A DNA stretch of 64,000 bases from Opitutia bacterium (GTDB lineage: Bacteria; Verrucomicrobiota; Verrucomicrobiia; Opitutales; T3Sed10-336), in assembly GCA_050506795.1 (NCBI GenBank), contig JBJHCF010000002.1, positions 1-64,000 of the forward strand, written 5' to 3'. A program made the translations under genes and the position numbers. Positions 39,646 through 46,927 of the stretch are shown one piece after another (the stretch's first letter is position 1; every line of letters begins with the position of its first letter). The notes under the pieces are model-generated. The model ran no database searches. It was not told the DNA's origin and saw only the letters and a program-made list of their open reading frames with translations.

Positions 39646-41529
39646 ATGCGCCTCAAGCACATCCACATAAGCGATTACAAGAACCTGAAGAACTTTGACC
39701 TCCATTTCGAGAGCGATAGTTACCTGGATGTATTCGTGGGAAAGAACGGCACCGGAAAATCGAACCTATTCGAGGCTCTTATCGAGATCTTTCACCATCT
39801 CAATGAGTTTAAGTCAAGCGGTTCCAGTATCGACTTCGACTACCGCATCACCTATGAAATCGAGGACAGAAGCACGTCCATCGAGTGGGCCGACAGCCAG
39901 CTCAAGATCAACGGGCGCAATCGCAAGAGTCTCGGCAAGACCCCTATCCCCGACAATATACTGGTCTATTACTCAGGACACAACGATACGGTTTCAACGC
40001 TGATCGGGAACTATCAAGCGGCGTTTCAAAGCAGGATCAAGAGCGCCAATTTCTCCGACTCACGCTATTTTCTTGGCATAGACTCTGCCTACAAACAGAT
40101 CCTCCTCGCAGCCAGTCTCCTCAGACCAAGCGACAGCCCCTGCCGCCGCTTCATTTGCCAGAAGCTCGGCATCGCGGAAACCGGAACCGAACTCCGAGTT
40201 ACACTCAAGCGGCCCTATTACGCGGCTTCTTCCGAATACGACGTCCAAAACAACGACGATGTCGACAAATTCTGGAAACCCCAAGGCATCACGAAAACTT
40301 TTTTGAACCAGCTCACAGCGTGCGCCGCTCCAGCCCCAAGGGGTGGCCGAGTCAGAACTGAAGGCTACCTTTCAGGCGAGGACAGATACATCCTCTACGT
40401 GGACACCGCTAAACTGGTAGAAGAATTCAAAGACGAAGCGTCGCACGAACTGTTCAACCGGTTCGACAATCTGAAGGTCCTCGAGATGCTCGAAGACATT
40501 TCGATCCCCCTCAAGCTCACCAACGGAGAACAAGCCAACACCTCCTTCTTCAGTGATGGCCAGTTCCAATCCGTTTACATTTTCGCGATCACCGAGATCT
40601 TCAAACAGCGCCATTGCCTGACGCTGCTTGACGAGCCCGACTGCTTCCTCCACCCCGAGTGGCAATACGAATTCCTCAGCCAAATATTCGAGATCTCAGA
40701 CGTCGCCACTCAAACCAACCACACCCTCCTCAGTAGCCACAGTGCGTCAACAATCTCATCGAGCAACGACAGCCTCATCAGCCTATTCGAAATAGACGGT
40801 AATACTGTCAAGGTCTCCCGTGTTCCCAAGGGCGAAGTCATCACCTCTCTCTCAGCGGGACTGATTACCTTCTCCGAGTCCGAAGCACGCCTAAATATCC
40901 AGCACGTCCTGAGCAACACGACAGGGCCGGTTCTCTTCACGGAGGGCATCACCGACGAGATCATCTTGGAAATCGCCTGGTCGAAACTGTATCCCGGCGT
41001 AGATCGGCCGTTCGAGATCCAGAATGCGTTTGATTGTGCTTTTTTGGGCAATCTCTTGCTGCGGGACGAACTTTACCAGAATCATTCGAAAAGGGTGTTC
41101 TTCGGTTTATTCGACTTTGATGAGGCATACCAGATGTGGAATCGCCTTAGCGGACCTGATGAAGAAATGGACCCCTGTAAATGCCTTACGAAGAAGCATG
41201 CTAAACATGAGGGTTATGGACTACTTCTTCCGGTTCCAACTGCCTCCTCGGTCAGAAATCAAGTATTAAACCCTACTACTGGTCGTACGTTTAAACATAA
41301 GTCACTGCTAACAACTGAACTGCTTTTTCACGACGTTCCCGGCTTGGAATCACATTTCGCGGTCGACACCGAACGGACGGACAGCTTCAAGAAATTCGTT
41401 GGGAATAAAGTCAATTTCGCAAAACAGATTGTCCCGACCCTTGATCCCGTTCACTTCAAGGTTTTCGAGCCCATCTTCGATTTCATAAAATCCAAAGGCA
41501 ACACACCCGCCACTCGCACATCAACATAA
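39646..41529 (+). CDS. ABC-type ATPase fused to a C-terminal TOPRIM-like domain (OLD/PARIS-like architecture)
   Basis: GKNGTGKS, FSDGQ, LLDEPD...HPEWQ, SSHS; then VLFTEGITD and FDFDE (TOPRIM Glu plus DxD). Confidence 0.8.
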   Translation: MRLKHIHISDYKNLKNFDLHFESDSYLDVFVGKNGTGKSNLFEALIEIFHHLNEFKSSGSSIDFDYRITYEIEDRSTSIEWADSQLKINGRNRKSLGKTPIPDNILVYYSGHNDTVSTLIGNYQAAFQSRIKSANFSDSRYFLGIDSAYKQILLAASLLRPSDSPCRRFICQKLGIAETGTELRVTLKRPYYAASSEYDVQNNDDVDKFWKPQGITKTFLNQLTACAAPAPRGGRVRTEGYLSGEDRYILYVDTAKLVEEFKDEASHELFNRFDNLKVLEMLEDISIPLKLTNGEQANTSFFSDGQFQSVYIFAITEIFKQRHCLTLLDEPDCFLHPEWQYEFLSQIFEISDVATQTNHTLLSSHSASTISSSNDSLISLFEIDGNTVKVSRVPKGEVITSLSAGLITFSESEARLNIQHVLSNTTGPVLFTEGITDEIILEIAWSKLYPGVDRPFEIQNAFDCAFLGNLLLRDELYQNHSKRVFFGLFDFDEAYQMWNRLSGPDEEMDPCKCLTKKHAKHEGYGLLLPVPTASSVRNQVLNPTTGRTFKHKSLLTTELLFHDVPGLESHFAVDTERTDSFKKFVGNKVNFAKQIVPTLDPVHFKVFEPIFDFIKSKGNTPATRTST

Positions 41530-41542
41530 CCAAATTAGCCCT

Positions 41543-43663
41543 ATGAATTTTGAACAGCCCAAGCCAGACTCCAAAAAGTATTCAGATCTCATTTCGAACA
41601 TCGAAAAAGGGATTATCAAGATCCCGAAATTCCAGCGCGAGTTCGTCTGGGGCATCGATAAGACAGCCAAGCTCCTGGACAGCATCTTGAAAGGCTATCC
41701 CATAGGCACTTTCATACTTTGGAAGACGGACGAGCGGATCAATGACATCAAGAATGTCGGCAATCTGGACATCCCCCCGACCCCGGACGGGACGAAGGTA
41801 GAATATGTCCTCGACGGCCAGCAGCGGATCACCTCCTTGTTCGCCGCCTATCGCGGGGCAAAGATCCAAAAGGTTGGCGAGAAGAAGGTGACGGACTACG
41901 GCGATATCGTAGTGAACATCGACGTCGAAATCAGCGATAGCGACGGCCAGGTGATTTCCGCAGAGCCAAATGGCCAGAAATCGGTCTCGTTGAATACAGT
42001 CCTGAACTTCAGCTTCGCCAAGGCCAAGGAGCTGGAATCGCAGTTTAGTGGCGACGAACTTCAGCTTATCGATTCCTATGCGACCGCGTTCCGCACGTAT
42101 GAATTCTCAACGGTCGTCCTGAGAAAAGAAGACATCGATTCTGCGATCGAAGTCTTCACCCGGATCAATACCGGAGGGCAGACCTTGACGCTGTTCGAAA
42201 TCATGTCTGCGAAAACCTACGATGAAGAGCAGAATTTCGACATGACAGTAAAGTGGGCTGACTTCATCAAAGACTTGAAGGACATCAAATACGAAGGGGT
42301 ATCCAGTTCAGTTGTACTGAGCCTTTTGTCCCTAGTCCTCAGCCGCACAAAGGAATGCAAACGCAAGACGATCCTGGCCCTGGAAAAACAAAACATCATC
42401 GATACATGGAGCGATGCCATCTCGGCGCTGAAGGACAGTATCGACTACTTTCGGACAACCTACCGGATTCCAGTCTCGCAGATTCTGCCATACGACGCAC
42501 TCCTGATCCCGTTCGCCTATTTTTTCTACTACAGGAAGGACAAGCCGAGCGGGGTGCAAAAGAAACTTCTTGAGGAGTTCTTTTGGCGGATGTCCCTCTC
42601 CTTCAGATATTCCAGCTCCACGGAATCCAAGCTGGCGCAGGACATCAAACGAATCGAAACGATCCTGGAGGAAAATCGTCCCGACTACTCTGACATCAAG
42701 GTCTATTTGGAATCGCCGCGAGCACTTGTGGAGACGAGCTTCAGCGCCGGGAACAGCTACTGCAAGGCCATCCTGTGCCTGTTGGCTTACCAGGAGCCCA
42801 AGGATTTCAGAGACAACGGTAAGGTGATTCTGGACAATTCCTGGCTCAAGATCGCAAACAGTAAGAACTACCATCACTTTTTTCCCAGAGCCTATCTCAA
42901 GGGGAAGGAGATTCCGAATGGAAACAGCTTGGTGAATATCACGTTTGTCAGTGACCATCTCAACAAACGCAAGATCGGCGCGAAAGCTCCCTCAGTCTAC
43001 ATCGGCGACTTCCACGACGACAACAGCGAAATCAACGTCGCACTAAGGTCTCATTTCATCGACCTCAATGGATTTGGAATCGAGAGTAATGACTACGCCA
43101 CATTTTTGGAGAAGAGATCCCGGCTGATCTATGACGCGCTGAAATCGCGGATCGAGCTGACCCATCAGGAATCCGTAAACGAGGAGTTGGAGCAGCTCAT
43201 AGTCGCGGGAGAAAGTGATCGGGTAGAATTCAAGTCGACTCTCCGCTACGATCTAAGAACCAAGGAAGTGAACAAGAAGCTGGAGTTCGTGATCGCAAAG
43301 ACTATCGCCGCTTTTCTGAATTCCGAAGGGGGAGACCTCCTGATCGGAATCGACGATGATTCAAATGCACTGGGTCTGGAGGACGACTTGAAAACGCTTG
43401 AGAAGCAGAATATCGACGGCTTCGAATTGCATCTGATCGGGATCATCAGGAAATATGTCGGCACCCAATATGGAGGCCACATCAAAATCTTATTCCCGCT
43501 CTACGACAGCCAGCAAATCTGTCGCATTCAGGTATCCCGAAGCGGCACTCCGGTTTTCACGTCATATGAAGGAAAGGACGAATTCTTCGTTCGCACTGGC
43601 TGCTCCTCCCAGCCCCTTAGCCGCGGGGAGCAAAGTATCTACGAGAAGGAACATTGGTCATAG
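41543..43663 (+). CDS. GmrSD-like protein (DUF262 plus HNH) with a C-terminal AlbA_2/Schlafen domain
   Basis: IPKFQREFVW, LDGQQRITSL, FTRINTGG; YHHFFP...NSLVNITFV...N; GESDRVEFKST...IAAFLNSEGGDLLIGIDD. Confidence 0.85.
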   Translation: MNFEQPKPDSKKYSDLISNIEKGIIKIPKFQREFVWGIDKTAKLLDSILKGYPIGTFILWKTDERINDIKNVGNLDIPPTPDGTKVEYVLDGQQRITSLFAAYRGAKIQKVGEKKVTDYGDIVVNIDVEISDSDGQVISAEPNGQKSVSLNTVLNFSFAKAKELESQFSGDELQLIDSYATAFRTYEFSTVVLRKEDIDSAIEVFTRINTGGQTLTLFEIMSAKTYDEEQNFDMTVKWADFIKDLKDIKYEGVSSSVVLSLLSLVLSRTKECKRKTILALEKQNIIDTWSDAISALKDSIDYFRTTYRIPVSQILPYDALLIPFAYFFYYRKDKPSGVQKKLLEEFFWRMSLSFRYSSSTESKLAQDIKRIETILEENRPDYSDIKVYLESPRALVETSFSAGNSYCKAILCLLAYQEPKDFRDNGKVILDNSWLKIANSKNYHHFFPRAYLKGKEIPNGNSLVNITFVSDHLNKRKIGAKAPSVYIGDFHDDNSEINVALRSHFIDLNGFGIESNDYATFLEKRSRLIYDALKSRIELTHQESVNEELEQLIVAGESDRVEFKSTLRYDLRTKEVNKKLEFVIAKTIAAFLNSEGGDLLIGIDDDSNALGLEDDLKTLEKQNIDGFELHLIGIIRKYVGTQYGGHIKILFPLYDSQQICRIQVSRSGTPVFTSYEGKDEFFVRTGCSSQPLSRGEQSIYEKEHWS

Positions 43664-43936
43664 GGAAGTGGTTCGACGAATTCGAGGTAGCGGAGATTGG
43701 GTCAGGCCAATATTTCATGATTGGGGAGGACAAACTGGAGTCGTCATCAGGCTCCAGTCAAGCTGCGAGCAGTCACCAGTCATGAAACGGGTAATATCAC
43801 CGCCCAGACTTGACGTCCTCCGCTTCCTTAAAAAGGCGTTGGTTGAGCGAATCGCAGTCATGGAACAATCTTTTCGCCCCTACCGTGAAAAACTGAAATT
43901 ATTTGCAAGTAAGGCCAAGTCTAAACCGAAGAAACT

Positions 43937-44812
43937 ATGCTTCTAAAGCTTCTTTATATCCTGCTTTGCTTTGTCCCAGTAATCATCTTTATCGCGTTAC
44001 TTTATCGCGACCGATTAAAGGCACGAACTACCAAGAGGTCACCTTTCACGCACGAGTTGCTCCGGCCTCCGGGGGAAAGTCTCCGGCTCAAAATCCAGGA
44101 AATGGATGAACGTCTTAACGGCCGGATTCTCGTGTTGGTGATAGTCCCAGTAGCATTCGCGTTCACGGGCTTCTCGAATCCTCAATGGCTTGGAAGTGGG
44201 TTAAGCGCCGTGATTGTCATCCCCCTCACCGCAGGCGTTCTCGCTGTAATGTTTGCGACCCTGGGACGCAAAGTGTGGAAACAAATTCAGGACATACACG
44301 ATTACGAACTTGGCTTCCAGGGTGAGCGGTATGTCGCCGAAGAGCTGAACCAATTACTCCGCCAGGGATTTCATGTGTTTCACGATATCCCTTTCGATAA
44401 ATTCAATATTGATCACGTCATTGTCGGAACGCTTGGAGTTTATGCCGTGGAAACCAAAACCCGGCGTAAATTCTCGGCTGCCGAGCGCGGGAAATCAGCC
44501 AACCGTATCCTATTTGACGGTAAGACGCTCACCTACCCTCACGGGAACGACAACCACGGCTTGGATCAGGCCAAACGCAATGCCGACTCCCTCGCCACAT
44601 GGCTGAGCAGCGCGACCGGTGACAAGGTTTCGGTTCATCCGATCTTGACCTTCCCGGGTTGGTGGGTGGAACGAACCGGGACCGGTACCGTGACGGTGGT
44701 CAACCCAAAGGAAATCCCAAAGGTCTTTCCAAAGACCATCCGAAAGCCCCTTGATGACAGCGAGATCCAGCGGATCGTCCACCAACTCGAACAAAAGTGC
44801 CGCACGCAGTAA
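43937..44812 (+). CDS. Membrane-anchored NERD-domain nuclease
   Basis: Three hydrophobic segments, then GERYVAEEL...FHDI...NIDHVIVG..GVYAVETK. Confidence 0.88.
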   Translation: MLLKLLYILLCFVPVIIFIALLYRDRLKARTTKRSPFTHELLRPPGESLRLKIQEMDERLNGRILVLVIVPVAFAFTGFSNPQWLGSGLSAVIVIPLTAGVLAVMFATLGRKVWKQIQDIHDYELGFQGERYVAEELNQLLRQGFHVFHDIPFDKFNIDHVIVGTLGVYAVETKTRRKFSAAERGKSANRILFDGKTLTYPHGNDNHGLDQAKRNADSLATWLSSATGDKVSVHPILTFPGWWVERTGTGTVTVVNPKEIPKVFPKTIRKPLDDSEIQRIVHQLEQKCRTQ

Positions 44813-45195
44813 GGCTGACCGGAACCTCTTTACCTCAACCCATTACAGTGGGGAGAGCAGAAGGAATCAGGTTTCGGTTCTTGAGAACCCCTCCCCGCAT
44901 TGTTTCCCGGCGGTCGGAATGGCCGGTTTTGGATTCTCCCCGGCGGTCGTACCGAGCGCACAGCGCGACATGCCGCCAATGGCGGCGTTTGAATCGCCAC
45001 CGGGCTGCTCTTTCAGGTGCATGGCGACCGTTCCCCGGTCGATCTCGAATTCCCTGGAGATACGGCATCGCGACCAACCTCACTCGGCCAAAGTTCGTAT
45101 TGTTTTAATAGTAGCCATCTTCAGATGATTTGTCATGACCGGCTAAAAAATCCCGGTTTTGGTAAACCGGCAACTTCCTCGCCGTTTGACTCAAG

Positions 45196-45222
45196 GTGGC
45201 TGGTTTTAAGTGACCGCTGACA
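45196..45222. mobile_element. Orphan IS21-like terminal repeat
   Basis: GTGGCTGGTTTTAAGTGACCGCTGACA ends in -TGACA and contains a TGG(C/T)(C/T)GGTTTT-type box like IS21-family ends. A similar box TGGCCGGTTTTG lies near 44920. No istA/istB present. Confidence 0.5.
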
Positions 45223-45241
45223 CGGGAGTGTCATTCTCAAC

Positions 45242-45985
45242 TTACGAACTGGGATCAAACCAAATCGGGTCGGGCGTTAGAGTTGAATCGTTGATTGGGC
45301 AGTCAATCCCCGAATTGTCGACTAGCGAGGTCACACGGGATTTCAGGTCGGAGGCAGCACCTGGGTTCAACCTGATTTCGTCGATCAGGGGCAAACCCTC
45401 GAACCCAGCTCTTTTAAAGGTCGGCCAGTGATCTGGTGGTGCCTCACCTAGTTGCGCAAAGTCATCGCGAATCATAAGATCCACATCCTCGTGAATCATC
45501 CGCAACTCCGCCTCAGATGCGAATTCGGGTCTCTTACGTATTGGTAACTGCCAATGTCCACCGGGCGGAACAGGGTTAGGCCACGGATCGTATATTACTT
45601 CTGCGACGTAGGAGTTCGGGAAAAAGTCGGCGATCGTAGACAGCTTCCCGACCGTCGACCGGATCACCACACCCTCACGGATCACCACACCCTCAGTGAC
45701 TCCACCATAGCTCGGCCACATCAAGGAATCTTCCTGCGGAAAAACATGCCAGCATGAAGCGAAGGCAATATGACGCCAGGCCCAAGCATGTCGTTGGCTA
45801 GCAACTTCAGAGACGGTCGGAACCGATCCAGAAGCGGGAATGTAACCCTCATATTTGTCTGCGAACTGATCTAGCCGCGACAAGTGCAGTTCTTTAGTGG
45901 TGATGAGATCGCTCAAGCGTTTAAACGACATGTAACGCCACACCACCAAATCAGAATCGGGTTCGGGAATCGATTGATGCCTCAT
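45242..45985 (-). CDS. DUF2971-like protein
   Basis: VWRYMS...F-x-D-x-x-EG...ASCWH...SLMWPSYG...GVVIRS...KRPEFASEAELR. Contains an 18-bp tandem duplication (EGVVIR x2). Confidence 0.65.
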   Translation of the reverse strand: MRHQSIPEPDSDLVVWRYMSFKRLSDLITTKELHLSRLDQFADKYEGYIPASGSVPTVSEVASQRHAWAWRHIAFASCWHVFPQEDSLMWPSYGGVTEGVVIREGVVIRSTVGKLSTIADFFPNSYVAEVIYDPWPNPVPPGGHWQLPIRKRPEFASEAELRMIHEDVDLMIRDDFAQLGEAPPDHWPTFKRAGFEGLPLIDEIRLNPGAASDLKSRVTSLVDNSGIDCPINDSTLTPDPIWFDPSS

Positions 45986-46210
45986 TCGTACAAGTGATTC
46001 TTCTTCAGCGCACCTCGATAAACGAGTGTGTGGCGCTTCGGGGATCGAATGGATCAGTTCTCGATTCTTGACAAGCGTTCATCAGATCTTCCTCAGCACT
46101 TTCGTTCCCGCATTTCCTCCGTAAACAAGACACTTACTACCAACTCACCTTCACCCAGGAAAGCAAAAAACCACCCGCTCTCCTTACCCCTTATTGGGTA
46201 CGCCCTCCCT

Positions 46211-46339
46211 TCAACCGCCCTGCCGGATCCCTAAATACCGCCTCCCCTCCCCCTTCGTCCGTAACTGGAAGTAGTCCCGGTAAATCACCTGCAGCGAATT
46301 CCCTGCCTCCCGCGCCACCCGCACCTCATCCCCGGCCTG
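46211..46339 (-). pseudogene. C-terminal remnant of a third, different tyrosine integrase
   Basis: Own translation QAGDEVRVAREAGNSLQVIYRDYFQLRTKGEGRRYLGIRQGG* resembles the 'VA-x-E-x-GNS-x-x-x-I-x-x-x-Y' integrase tail. No start codon. Confidence 0.6.
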
Positions 46340-46640
46340 ACATCCGCCATGTCCCCGACGGGGTCAAGGGGTTCCTCTTCGGTTCGACCCTTCATGGTCG
46401 ATCAAGTCCACCGGTTTCCTTGTTTTACGGCCATGGTCGCGCCCCAGGCTCCGGAAAAAACACCTAATTTGCCCGAGAACAATGAACTCCGACCCAGGGT
46501 TGGCCATTGCAATGCCTTTCCTTTTCGCTGGTAAGGCATTGCCCCGCCTTGACTTCAGGTGGTAGTCTCTTCATGTTTCGCTTCATGTTTGGTTTTCCTA
46601 CAGGGGACTTGCACTCCCTTTGCAACGCCCCCAAGCTGGG

Positions 46641-46699
46641 CGCACACAAGCCCAGCCAGCGGACCCGCTTCTGCGGGCCGCTGATGGGCGGCGTTATCA
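46641..46699 (+). other. attC-like integron recombination site (left end degenerate)
   Basis: cacaaGCCCAgcCAGCGGaCCCGC-ttct-GCGGG-CCGCTGaTGGGCggcGTTATCA: imperfect hairpin with unpaired bases and a terminal GTT. The expected AAC reads CAC. Confidence 0.65.
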
Positions 46700-46726
46700 C
46701 TCACTGACTCTTGCGGTCGTAACGGT

Positions 46727-46927
46727 ATGGCCAACGAAAACGACCACATAGTTATTCCGGAAACCGTCCAGCAGGTTTTGAAGACGTTTCTCGGGGCTAT
46801 ACGAGACGAGCCGGATATCCCGGAAGATGGGATAGCCCGATTGGAAACCCTCCTGCTCAAGGGCGAAACCCCAAAGCCTGAAGACATCAAAACGGCCCTG
46901 TTCGAGCCCTCAGAGGGGGAGACATGA
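46727..46927 (+). CDS. Small acidic hypothetical protein coupled to the SMC-like gene
   Basis: 66-aa helical ORF with an ATGA overlap onto the downstream gene. Confidence 0.7.
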   Translation: MANENDHIVIPETVQQVLKTFLGAIRDEPDIPEDGIARLETLLLKGETPKPEDIKTALFEPSEGET

